Origin: Geosiphon pyriformis uo1
Lineage: Eukaryota > Fungi > Glomeromycota
Reading direction: 5' to 3'
NCBI GenBank assembly: GCA_016748015.1
Contig: JAAOMT010000384.1
Location: 211,263 to 275,262 of the forward strand
DNA: 64,000 nt
Shown in pieces: positions 46,948-60,789 of this stretch. Under the pieces are notes generated by a model. It saw only the letters and a program-made list of their open reading frames with translations, made no database searches and was not told the DNA's origin. How positions within the stretch are numbered: position 1 is the stretch's first letter; every line of letters begins with the position of its first letter. The translations under genes were made by a program, and so were the position numbers.

Positions 46948-49900
46948 TTTGGTGCTTCCTGTGAAGTATAATTTTACAGAGAACCAGTACCAACAACAAT
47001 TATTCAAAAGTGGCAAAATTAGAAATAATAGAGACAAACCATTTAGAATTTGCTAAATCCTTATTTTAACAATACAGCCAACAATTAGGCTTAACCAACA
47101 ACCATTATTCAGTGGAATTAGCCTTTAACTTTTATGTTAACAAAAGAATCACAGATTTTCTTGGAAGACCAGTTGACATTAAATCAGCAAGAAAAAATTT
47201 CTATACAAAATTAATCCAACACACCAGCTTATCACAAAATCACAGTTTTACATTAATCATCAGAGAAATTAATCAAGAAATTGAAAGATACACTCAACAA
47301 CAATTTTCTATTACCTATGCAGATAAAGGTAAAAGAAAGTTACAAACACCAGCAGCAACTCCAAAAAAAATACAATTACCAACATAAAAAAAACAAAAAA
47401 TTGAATCTCTATTATATCTATCATATTATTATACACTTAAAAATACTATCAATATTGTATCAACAAGTGTGTCCACATTAAATACAACATCAACATTTGA
47501 ATAATTCTCATTTTAAAGTAAACAAAAGAAAGCAAAATTATTGGGAACTTCAAATTATGATCTCCAACACTATTAGGATTTTAATCACTGCCATCTTAAC
47601 CAGATTTCAGAACTGTGAATCTCTAAAAGATAACTGAATCAAAAGAAGAGGAAGATGACAATCAGAAATTTAATTACCAGAATTTGATTGTAGAAAACCC
47701 AGAAGTTGAAACTCCAAATATTCAAATTCAGAAAAATCAGAATAATTCTAATTCCAATAATTAGCAAAATCAAAACAATTCAAATTCCGACATTAATAAT
47801 CAACAATACTTACTTCTAGTAATCATTATTAATTTACTACCAGTTACCACATAACAACAGCTATTGCCACAATTTCAAATTCAGTTACCACCTCAACAAT
47901 AACAACAACAACAATCAAACTTGAATCCAATAGTCTATGCCCCAATAACAAAACTCAAAAAGTTCATGGGCAAAGAGAATAATGCCCAAATATGACTCAA
48001 TGATGTTGAAAAAGCCATTATAGTCAATAGATAGAACAATATGAGAGCCTTCTAAGCCATTCCATATTTTTTTCAGAATACTGCCAACTCTTGGTATTAG
48101 AGTTTGGCCCAGAAACTCCAAACTTTTGATGCATTCAAGCTAGAATTTCTAAGATATTTTAGCAATAACAATAGCATTAATCACTTGGCTAATACATTTA
48201 CCACTATTAAACAAAAAGAAACTGAAATAGTCATTACTTACTTGGAATGCTTCTACAGAAATCTGTGCCAAATTTAGACAATACAGGCTGATTATTTTAC
48301 AGTGCCACAAATTCTAAACCAATTCATTAAAGACCTGTACAGTAGTATTCTTTAATACATATGTTTACTATATTTAGCAAACTTTTAAGCCACAGTCACC
48401 CATGCCAGAGATTTTGATGCAGTTATCTATGCCAAAAATTTTGAAGCCACTAAATTAGAAGCCAACCATATTCAAGCTGTAAATCTAGTAATGAATAGAT
48501 CATCTGACTTGGATTTCAAATTGAAACAATTCAGTGACTCAATCAATCAGAAATTAGAGAGATATTTAACTAACAACTATTAGGCAATTTATCAACCTTC
48601 ACAATAATGCAATAATTAAGAAAACTTTAATCATTTCCAAAATTAATCACATCTATTATTATCAACCAATCAACAGTGGCAACAGAAAATGCATGTTTGC
48701 TACTATTGTGGTAAACAAGAATACCTACAAATTGACTGCTGTCATTAATTAAATAACCAATAATCGGAAAATCAATATTGAAACCCCAATTGCCAGTTTC
48801 AAATTCCAAGTTATCAAACAAATTCAGACTTATATTATCAGAATTACCTACCAATAATGCAGCAACCAATATATTAACTGCCAATATATCAGACTCCAGC
48901 ACCCATAATATATTAACCACAGCCACAAGTAATATACCAATCTCAGCAAATTCAAACACCACAAAATCCAACTTTAATGTCACATAGAAACCAAAAACCG
49001 AAATCTATTTAACAAAACTGGAGATCAGTAATAATTGTTTATTAACTGATCCCCAGTTCATTTACCCAACAATTAAGATTGTGCCAGCAGAGTTTAGGAA
49101 CTGAGTATATCTAAAATCCAAATTCTTAGAACTATTTAAGTCTTCTGGTTACCCCAGAAGACGTTTTATCTAATAATGTGGAAACCAACCAAACACAACT
49201 ACTCACTAGTAACATACCTCCAGCCATTGTTACCAATGACAAATCACTAGTAGCAATCTTTTCATTCAAACTTAAGAAACTATTATCTATGCCTTTGTTT
49301 AGTAGAGCTGCGCTTGAAGAAAAATCAATCACCACTATGTACACTAATGCTAAATTTGATGACCACTTCATCAAACTCATATTAGATAGTAGATCAATAG
49401 ACAGTATTATCACATAACAACTTATGAACCAATTAGGTTGCTGAGTTGATCACACTGTCAACACCAAAATCATAACAGCTGATAGAGTAACCAAAACTCC
49501 AATTGGCAAGATTAATGACCTTCCCATAGAAATTAATGGCATCATTGTATCAATCAAGATATTAGTTATGGAAACTACTCAGTACTAAGCATTCATTGGC
49601 AATAACTGGTTGTCCAAAACCAACATAATGCTTGATTGGAACATGCAAGAGCTCTAACTTAGCCAGAACAGTTAACACACATATGTACCAGCCACATATG
49701 GCCACTTCAAGCCTATTACCACACCATCAGCACCCCTCATTGAGTTTAACAATGAAGAAAAAAAACCTACTTGGAAAACATACCAAATTTTTTGGGCCAA
49801 TAACAACCATAATAAGTTATTACCAATTCTAAACTGGGAAGAAAAAACCAAAGGAAAAAGGAAAACAAGAGAAGAAAACATACCTAAAGAGACCAATGAC

Positions 49901-50869
49901 AACATGAAAATTAGCAGTTGGGAAAGTTTATACTCCACAGATACCAGGCCAGAACCATCTTATATTTTTCTCAAATGCAAAGACTGCAAAAAAAAACTGT
50001 CTTCCATGGGAGCTTGGGTCACACCAAATGAAAATTACTAGATGTGAACTCATTACTACTGCAAACCATGCCACTGCAAATGCTATGGTTATTCTAAAAA
50101 ACAAGGCAAGTGAGACAACAAACTATGTCTTGCTTGTAACAAACAACTACTGGATGAAAGAATATGGAATAACATTCCTGAATGAGAAAGAATATATGAT
50201 GCTTCATGTCAGTACATGATTCTCATAAGTGACTAGATCAGTTGTGAAACACCCATCATGGCAGTCTGGCACTGAGCAATAATTTGTTTGGGCAGTTATT
50301 CACATGACGAAGATGAGATTTGGAGAATAACAAATGCAAAAATTGAAAGAGCCATGTCCAGTAAAATCTTGAAAATTAAAAATAATTTTTCAGAACCAGT
50401 TGACATTATACTCATCCCAAATTCAGATGCTTTTTTTGACATAGAAACAGATTCAAAGAAGTTTTATAAGCACTATTAAAATTTGGCACCAACAAAAGAA
50501 AAGCAGAAACAGCATTTGGAAGAAATAAATATCTGATTATGTAACCACTGTTTGATTCTATGTGATTTTCAGTATTGTAATAAGTGTGACTTTATCTACA
50601 ATCCATTACCATGCATGATCTACACAATTCCAAAGGAAGACAAACCAATCAGCAGCTGTGTATTGGAATTGGAATTACTGTTTAATCCTAATTCAAACTC
50701 TGACAACAACAATAACAATAACAATGATTTCAGCTCCATCCAAATTGGCAATAGCAATAACAGCAATTCAAACTCAGATTCAAATCCCAAACAATACATT
50801 GTGCTTCCTGATCTTACCAAGGAACAGGAATTGAAATGGTTTAGTAATAATGATAAAAGTATTATGTCA

Positions 50870-51270
50870 AAATGTGCACATAATACTAATACAGAGTTTG
50901 ATCTGAGATATCTAGGAAAAAATGCCATCAAATTGGAACCATATTCATGCATCTGCATTAATCTCAAAGTAGCACTGGAAATCCCAGCAATAACAATGGT
51001 TCAATTAGCATCTAAGAGTAATTTAGCAAAAAAGGGAATCAACATCAGAAGAGAAATAATTAATGCAGAATATGTGGAAAATATTATTGCAATGCTACAA
51101 AATGACTCAGAAAAGACCTATATCATAGAGCCAAACAAAAAAATAGCACAAACAATATTCCTGCCTCTGGTTAAAATAGCCTAATTAGTATTAGTAAAAA
51201 ACAGGGAAGAATTAAGAATTACAGCTAGAGAGATACAGAGATTTGGATCCATAAGTAGAATAGATGTACC
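50870..51270 (+). pseudogene. dut: dUTPase domain of Gypsy C pol
   Basis: AHNTNTEFDL, LASKSNLAKKG, EIINAEYVE (decayed GIIDAGYVG), KIAQ, decayed RGIQGFGS. Confidence 0.8.
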
Positions 51271-54200
51271 AGTTAATATGACAGAGGAAAAAATTGTTGA
51301 CAAGGAAGAAATTATTTTCACCTATCAATTAATTTTTATTTTACCATATAACCAGTACATGTTAGCCATAAAAAAAAAGTAAAGGATCAGATTCAAATTT
51401 TTAAAGCAAAAGCAACACTTTGTGAATTAGGAAAGATTGGATTAGTTAATTTACACATATTTGCCAAGAACCACAGTCACATTAAAATTTCCATTTACAA
51501 CAACATAGAAGATATTATTAAGATACCAGAAGAGACCACTATTAGATATTTAATCACCAAAATTGAAAACCAACCACCAAACTCTATTCCAGATTTTCCA
51601 CAACTGTATAGATATGTAGATATCACATTACAAACAATATATGGACAAGAAGAATATTATCTGCTCTAACCAGAACAATTGGAACAGATAAACTTGAAAA
51701 ATCTAGATTCACTACAATATATGCAGCTTAAGATGTTACTTAATAATTTCAATGACATTTTTGCCAGTAAAAACAAATTTAGCAGAATTGACATAATCCA
51801 GCATCAGATCAAAACTGGAGATGCAATGCCAATCAAACAAAGAGCATACAGAATACCACCAGCCAGCCATGAGATCATTTATCAAGAAATCAATCAGATA
51901 CTTGACAACAGGCTAATTCAGCCATCAATAAGCCCATGGTTATTACTAGTGGTACTAGTCTATAAAAAAAATGAGAAAATTCGTTTTTGTGTGAATTACT
52001 GGAAACTGAATAGAATAACCAAAAGAGATAGCTACCCAATTCCAAAGATCCAAGAGCTGTTTGATGCTTTTGTAGAAAAAAAATAGTTCTCAACTTTAGA
52101 CTTAGACAGTAGTTATTAATAAGTAGTCATAAAACCAAAAGACAAAAAGAAAATGGTTTTTACAACTCAAAAAAAAAATTTCAAATTTGAAGTTATGCCA
52201 TTTGGCTTGATGAATGCTTCTGCCACATTTTAACAGTTCATGGAAATTGTCTATACTAGACTGCTATAGAAATCAATAGTCATATATTTGGATAATACCA
52301 ATGTGTTCTCCAAAACATTTGATGATCATTTGCATCATCTCCAACAAGTATTTGAAAGACTAAGAAGAGCAGGACTAAAGTTAAATTCCAACAAATGCTT
52401 CTTTGGAAAAACAAAATTAAAATTTTTGGGATATGTAGTAAGCAAAGATGGAATCAAAACAGATTCAAACAAAATTGAGATAGTCAAAAACTTTCCAATA
52501 TCTACCAACTTGACTAAATTATGAACATTCTTGGAATTTGTAAGATACTACCACTGTTTTATTAAAAATTTTTCTAAAATAGCTTAACTATTACACCAGC
52601 TCTAAACAAAAAACACCAAGTATGATTAGACAGAAACCCAGCAAAAAGCTTTTAATACATTAAGAAAAAAGCTTATTTAAGCTCCAGTATTGATCTATTC
52701 AGATTATAGTAAGCCATTCATAATTATAACAGATGTGTCAGATCAAGCATTGGGAGTAGTACTATCTTAGAAAAAACCAAATGAACAAGAACACCCAGTA
52801 GCTTACATCAGCAGAAGCTTAAATCCAGCTGAAAAAAACTATAGAACTTCAGCACTAAAACACTTAGCTATCTATTGGGCTGTTATCAAATGAAAAGAAT
52901 ACTTAAGTCAAAGTTTGATATTTATACTGATCATAAAAGATTGACTTCAATCCAGAAGCAAGAATTTAGAAAATAAAACTTTCACTATTTAATTATACAG
53001 TACATTACAAAAAAAGAAAAGAAAATAGAAATGCCAATGGTTTGTCGAGAATAAAATAAATCTAAGAACATTTTAACCCAAAAATATAACCAAAAATATA
53101 ACAAAAGATGAACACACAAAAATATCAACAACTCCAGCACTATATAAATACTTAACAGTTCAAGAAGAAATTATCTCAAAAGGAACAAAACAACATAAAA
53201 CAACAATCAAAATATTTTATCAACTATCAAAATATACTTTACTAAAAAAACAAAAGGAATTCAGATCAACCAACCAGAGTAATTACAGAATCAGAAAAAG
53301 AAACAATATTATTCAACATATACTCAGATCTAACAGCAGGACATTTTTACAAAGAAGCAATTATAGAAAGAACCAAAAAAAGATACTATTTGGCATTAAT
53401 GTATCTAGATATCATCCAATATGTTTAAAATTGTAATGCTTGTCAAAGAAAAAGAGGAACAAAATCCAGTAAGTTATTGAGACCAATTAAAGTGAGACAA
53501 CTATTTAATCACATTGGAATTGATTTAGTCAAACTATTGACAATAACCAGTAAAAGCAACAGGTATATTGCAGTAGTCATAGATTATCTTATTAAATGGC
53601 CAGAAGCAAAAGCCATTCAAAGAACAGATGCAGAATCCATTGTCGAATTCATTCATCAAAATTTGATTTGTCAATATGAATATCCAAAAAAACTATTATC
53701 AGATTAAGGAACTCACTTTGTGAATAGAATATTGACAAAATTAAGTTAAAGATTTGGGATAAAAAGACCATTATTATTACTATACTGTTATGGTTGAAAC
53801 CTATACTTCTTATTAATTATCATATGTATTAACCACTAATGTCATATGATTAGCCACACTATTTTTAGAAAGTGATCATTGACCTGATTATTGACCTAGT
53901 CATTGACTTAATTATTGATCACTTTTGATAGCTGTAGAAAAGCATGTAATAACAAGCATCTGAATAATCAAGAATAAATAAAATAACAACTTTCATCTCA
54001 ATCCTTCTCTTATTGCTAATTTCCCTTTCTTTACTTTCAAGTATCTGAACATCTTAAAGATAAAAGATTACTTGTTGGCCTTTTCCTGACATATATAATT
54101 GTAGCATTTAAAGATTATTTGAATAAACATGACTGAAAAGCACAAGTTGATACCTGATATTGAATTCTAAGAGCACCAACATGAGACATAAAATTATACT

Positions 54201-57200
54201 AGTGGTGATTAATTGTTGACAGTACAAATTATCCTTCTACCTTCAGATTCCCCAGTTACTTTTGAAAAGAATAGCAACTAAGATATTTTATAAGACTGAT
54301 CTTGTACATTGAATCCATACTCATTTAATTCATTCTTTAAAGTTGAATTCCCCTTTGATTATTTCCATTACCCTACAATCCTGTTCTCCCTTGCTATCTG
54401 TTAGCTTGTTACTCCAACCTGTAACATAAAAGTGGTGCTCTCTGTGAGGTTGTCAAAATCCACTTTGTTTCTTATTGTATGGGTGATTATTTATATCTGC
54501 CACAACAATCAAAAAAACATTTTAAAGCACACAACAAAAACAATCTAGACTTTATTGAATTCAATTTTCTGCCCTCCTGCTTGATTTGCTTCCCTATTGA
54601 AAAACAATCCAGCAGACAATTCCAAGACTTTTGGAACTGGTTCTTGAACGAGCATTCAGCTGAAACCTACACAGTTTATACAATCTATTACTTTGACCAA
54701 GCTTATTTTGAAAACAACTTTAAAGGAAGAAACAACAGTATCAATCAGCTTTTATATTCTGCAACCTTTGAACAACAGCCCCCTGATTTTGAATATTTGA
54801 ATCATCAAATCCATATTTGGATTGTTGCCCATCAATTAACAGAAACTCTTCTTGAAACAAAAGAAGAAAGCTATCAAACCGCTCCTGTTTTTGATCTCTT
54901 TTCAAGTGAATCAGAACACTTCACACAAACAGTTACACCTGAACCAATGGCTCAAGACCCTCTGCAACAAAACATTTTGATTGCCCTCCAAGATATACAG
55001 ACTGCTTTAGGGCGAAGAAACAACACCCCATTATCATTATTCAAAGGTAATGTCCAAGATCTAATTGAATAGTTGGATGATTTTGAAAAAGCTGCTACAG
55101 CAAACTAATATGATAATGAATACAAGTTCCAAATCATTGGTGGCTATCTTCAAGGCTCTCCTGCTACTTGGTTTTCCCAAGAAACCAATGTCAATGCTCA
55201 GCAAAAAATTATTAAATGGATACTGGCAAATGCTAAAGAAAATAGCACCTCTTTTACTACCCAGTTTGAAATGAAATTTAGAACTCCCATCTTAATCTCT
55301 AAATGGCATATGGAATTAGAAAGAAAAACCCAAGGTTCTGATAAAGTTGTGACTAAATATGCTAAAGCAATCAGAAAACTAATCAAACGTGTAGACTTTG
55401 GTAAAAATTGAACAGAAGAGCAAAAGATTCATTCTTTTACAAAAGAATTGAGAACTAATCTCTCATATGCTCTTTGGCTCTTTTTGGTCCTAAAAAATAA
55501 TCTCACAATGAATATGGCCATTGAACTTGCTCAGCAAATAGAAAACAATTAAAGAATGCATCTTGGATCTACACTTCCAGTTTTTGCTTCTGTTCCTATT
55601 ATGGCTCCTGTTTCCCAAATGGCTGCTACTTCTTTTGCTGCCCAAACTCAAGACCCAAATGAACAGTTGATAGATAGACTCACAGCAAATCTTGCTTGGC
55701 TATTAAAACCATTAGCCCAAGCAGTCAGAGATAATCAGCAATCTTAAAGACCCAAATTTGAGCCATGCTTCAATCAACCTCAGCAACCACTTTATCAAAG
55801 ACAACAAAATCGTGGCCCACCTGTGTGTTATTTCTGTGAATTAACTGGATATTTCTCAAAAGATTGCAACAACTCTCTCTTACCCCCTCCAGCTCCCAGA
55901 AACAATGATAATCAAAACAACAGACCTATTAACAACAATGTCCTCAATCAAAAACCTAATTATGCCAACATCAATTTCTTTGAAAAGGATCCCTTAGTGG
56001 AAGCCACTATTTATCAGCCTTTAAACTGATAGGCGTATCTCCAAAGAGTGAAAGTGCAAGCCAACCAAAAGAAAACTCCTTTTATGCTTTCAATCTAACT
56101 GATGATGACCATGACATAGATGAACTAGCAATCAACACTTCAGAAACAACAAAAAAGAAGAAGAAAGCCAAGATTGATTTCGTTCTAGATCCAAACAAAG
56201 CATCCACATCAACTGCTAATAACAATAAGCCACCAAAGGCTAAAGTTTTCAGGAATTTTCCAAAGTTAGAACCCCCAGAAATTGTACAAAAATCTGGTTC
56301 TTATTCAGTTGTCAAAGATCTCATGGAGACTCCAGCACACATAACTTTTGGCCAGTTAATAACCCATCCACAGTTCAGAAAAGATCTTCACAAATCCCTA
56401 ATCCCAAAGAAAAAAACACCAAAAACTAACAAACACTTTCACCAAACTGGACTTGCTAACAATAGTAATGTCACCTCTCTAATCTGTAAAGCCCAAGTGG
56501 CTGGTTACTTCATTGACCTAATTTTAGACAGTGGATCATCTGTAAGCATTATTGCCAAACACTTTTTAAAAGCAATTGGCAGAAAGATTGATGAACCTTC
56601 CACTCAACCAATAACCAATGTACATGGTGATAAGAAAAAAGGTCTGGGCATAGCCAAAGCCATTCCTGTTCGCATTAATGGTATCAATATTGAAACTGAT
56701 ATGGAAGTTTCTGAAGCCAAAAAATACACCATTATAGTTGGCAATGAATGGCTTAAGAAAGCCAAAGCTCTACTTGATTATGAACTGTGTGAATTAACCA
56801 TCAGATATGGTGAGAAGCCCATTGTGGTTAAATGCCACCATTGGACAACCCCTTCAGTAACCAAGCAAAACCAAGAAGAAGAACAATCAGATGAATTAGA
56901 TAATGATGAGAGCAATGAAGAAGAAGATCAAGGAGAACAAGAAGAAACTGCTGAACTTGCCTATACTATTTTTACCAGCAATGGCAAACCACTAGATAAC
57001 GTTAAAGCAAATAAAGAAGGAATCAATGTCAATGGCAAGATGATTTGTTGGCCTTACTATGACATACTCAGAAGAACTTTTGATAGAAAGCCTGGTAAGA
57101 AAGCAAAATATAGTTATTGGTGACATGGCTCTTGTGCCTAGTGCTGATGCAATAAACTCTTGTATTCTCCAAGTAATGAATGCAAATTATGCCTGATCTA

Positions 57201-60132
57201 TTACAAAGATTGGGAACCAATCAGCTTGATACCTAGAGAAGAATTGAAAGAAGTTCAGAAGTTCTTTGAAAATAAACCACCAGAGATCCAATCACTAGTG
57301 ATAAAACAAAGAGAACCCTTACCAGAAGAAAGAAAAGTTGACATTGAAAATCTGTTGGCTAGAAATAGCCCAGTTATCTCAAAAGAAGATAATACCCCCA
57401 GAAGAACCCATGTGATACAACATACTATTACTATTAAAGAAACTTGACCCATATACTTAAAGCCTTATCAATCCAATCGCCACAATAATGAGTTCATCAA
57501 GAAAGAAATAAAACGAATGAAAGATCTTGGATTCATACAAGAAACCAAAAGTGAATGGGCTTTTTCAGTTGTAGTGATATCTAAAAAAGGTGGAACTCTA
57601 TGCTTCTGTGTTGACTACTGCCAATTAAATGCCATCAATATAAGAGATATGTACTCACTCCTCAAAATTGATGCAATGTTAAATAAATTCAATAGTGCTG
57701 CTTTCTTTTCAACTATTGACTTAACTGCTGGATTCTGGCAAGTAAAAATGGATCCAGAAAGCAAAAAGAAAACTGCTTTTATTACCAAGTATGGCACCTA
57801 TGAATTCACAATTATGCTTTTTGGTCTCACAAACACTCCTCTTACCTTTCAACGCCTAATAGACAAAGTGTTTAAATCAGTGAAAGAAAACTTTGTTCTA
57901 ATTTATTTGGATGATATAATGGTATACTCAAAAATCTGAGATGAACACCTTAAACATTTGCAAAAGGTTTTTGATCTGCTCAGAAATGCTGGCTTCAAGA
58001 TAAATTCAATTAAATCTTTTTTTGGACACCAATTCACCCAGTTTTTTGGTTATCTTGTTACAAAAGATGGAATCTTCCCTAACCCAGCTAAAGTTAAAAA
58101 AGTTCAGAACATTAGACAACCAATGAATGTTCTTGAACTATGCTCTTTCCTTGGTTTGGCCTTCTATTACTGTAAATTTGTCAAAGATTTCTCTAAAATT
58201 GCCACTCCTCTCAATCAGCTACTCAGAAAAAATGTCAATTATCACTGGAACACTCATTAACAAAAAGCTTTTGAAATTCTAAAGGAAAAACTTGTTACTG
58301 AACCAATTCTCAAACAATCTGACTTGGACCAACTTTTTATTCTGCACACTGATACATCTGGCTATGGACTTGGTGCTGTTCTCTCCCAAAAAGATAAAGA
58401 TAGCAGAGAACATATTATAGCATATGCAAGTAAAACTCTTACACCAGCAGAAAAGAACTATACAGTTATTGAACAAGAATGCTTAGCAGTAGTTTGGACT
58501 ACTAATTACTGGGATCAATATCTTTTTGGTGCTAAATTCCTGGTAGTAACAGATCATTAAGTCTTGGTTTGGCTGTGCAACAAAAGAAAGCTGGAACATA
58601 AACAAATAATTTGCTGGATATTCCACTTGAACAAATTCGACTATGAAATTCAACACTACAAAGGAGCTAATTATCAAAACACTGATGCTTTTTCCAGACT
58701 TACTATCTAGCAATAATTACAACCACTCAAACCAAACCAACTTAATTATTAGTAACTCCTCTTTTAACAAACACGATAATGGACTTGAACAACTATTCTG
58801 CCTTAATAAAATTTTTGGGTAAAAAACAATACCCACTGGAATACACTTGACAACAAAGAGAACATTTGCGCAAACAATCAAATTTCTATTTGATTTGCCA
58901 AAACCAACTATATAAAAGAAACAGAAAAAATCCTGACTGCCCTCAAAGAGTCATAAGATTTGAAGAAAAAGAAATTGTAATCTATAACATGTATACTGAT
59001 CCATTAGCTGGACATTTTGGAAAAACTAAAACAATTCAGAAAACTTTAGCTCGCTATTATTGGCCTACTTTAGGAAAAAACATTGCTGAATACATTAAAA
59101 CCTGTGACATCTACCAAAGAAGAGGAAAACCCAATCATAAAGAAGACATCATCCAATCTCTGTTGGCCAACCATTTAACAGAATTGGTATAGATGTTGTT
59201 GGATCTTTAACAATAACTCCTGATGGCAACAGATACATTATCACAACTACTGACTATCTTACAAAGTGAGTAGAAACAAGAGCCACCCCAGATCAAACAG
59301 CAGTCTTAATAGCCAATTTCATTTATGAAGATATCATTTGTCACTATGGCTGCCCCAAAGAACTATTATCTGATAGAGGAAGAACTTTTTTCAGTACACT
59401 GGTTGAAGAACTTTGTAGAAAAATGACAATACATCACAAACTTTTCTCCCTTTATCACCCCTAAACAAATGGCCTAGTGGAACGTTTCAATAGAACACTA
59501 TATGAAACCTTAGCCAAAACAAGTGAAGAAACAAACTTATGGAACAAAGTACTGCCTTCAGCTTTGTTTGCTTATAGAACTGTGAATCATGACATAACAA
59601 GTTATAAACTCTTTTATCTGCTTTATGGACAAATGGCAACACTACCAATAGAAACTGACATTGAAACAATACTCTTTGAAAAAATCACAATAGGGAATTA
59701 CAAAGATATTTTTCAAAGAAGACTTGGTATCATTCTTGACTCATTGGTAGAAGCACAAATAGTTGCTTTTGAAAAGATAAAACAGTTTCAAGAAAAGCTT
59801 AAAAAGAAGAAAACTTATAAAACATTTTCTTTAAGTATTGGTAACTTGGTATTAGAATACCATTCAGACAGAGACAATGTCTATGGTGATAAATTTTCTA
59901 GTCAATGGAAAGGACCCTTTATAGTCAACAAAGTTTTGAACAATGGTTTTTATATTCTTCAAGATCAATCTGGAACAATCCTCAATGATCATCCTGTTCA
60001 TGGCACACAACTCAAGAAATATCACAAACGACTTGATTGGTTGTTTGTTGTGCTAATACTGATTCAAATGATCAACAAAAATTAAGTATAAATAAATGCA
60101 TCATTCCCAAAACAGAAGTATCTTCAATCAAC

Positions 60133-60789
60133 ATGAACAATTATTTTTTGGATCAAAACATTCAAAACACTTTCTATACTTTCCATAAGTATTGGATCAA
60201 AAACTATCCAAATGCTACTTTGACTATTGGAAAACAGACTACCATAACTGACAACAGTAGAACACATACTGTTATTAGACCAAAAAAAACTACTACCAGA
60301 AAAGAAAGAATTAGTAGCAAAATAGATAAGTATCTGTTAGAAAGTATAACAGTGACAATATTTTTACCTTCCAGCACAATTGGAAAAACAATTCAAAAAA
60401 TCTTACTCATAAACAAAAACTTGTCATATGGAAGGCAATTAGAACTTTATGGTCACCTTGGTGAAATTATAGAGAATATGAAACTCATAAAGAAAACAAT
60501 TTTAGAGATACAGACAGAAATTTTGGGCATTATACAGTTAGATGTCTCAAGAGTTTTAACTATTGCTAAAAGAGCCAAAACTCTAATACAAAGATTTGGT
60601 CTCTTGGATACAAAACTCATTTCGCCTCAAGTGTTATATACCTTATTGATAAAAGACTTTAACAAACTAGTTAGCTTTGAGTTAGATAAAATCCTTCCAA
60701 TAGATTACACCATAAATAGTCTAATTTTGCTGGAGCTTAATCTCTTTAGAGAGGATAATATTATGATTGAAACCTGTACTTCTTATTAA
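60133..60789 (+). CDS. Gypsy B ORF3 downstream of integrase, ~218 aa from ATG, unknown function
   Basis: Open frame MNNYFLDQNIQ...; homologues at 37442, 43423-43607 (-), 63586; reads through PPT into LTR. Confidence 0.7.
   Translation: MNNYFLDQNIQNTFYTFHKYWIKNYPNATLTIGKQTTITDNSRTHTVIRPKKTTTRKERISSKIDKYLLESITVTIFLPSSTIGKTIQKILLINKNLSYGRQLELYGHLGEIIENMKLIKKTILEIQTEILGIIQLDVSRVLTIAKRAKTLIQRFGLLDTKLISPQVLYTLLIKDFNKLVSFELDKILPIDYTINSLILLELNLFREDNIMIETCTSY

Larger units (their letters stand above)
45999..53785 (+). mobile_element. Ty3/Gypsy family C (dUTPase-bearing), 5' LTR to mid-integrase; interrupted by B4
   Basis: LTR 45999-46947, PBS 46950, gag, PR (LILDSRS), CxxC region, dUTPase, RT (YLDNT), RNase H, INT (HIGIDLV, KWPEAKAI). 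Confidence 0.9.

Noticed and set aside
60037-60789. ORF3 as a true env gene
   Set aside because: Short, no evident signal peptide or transmembrane anchor
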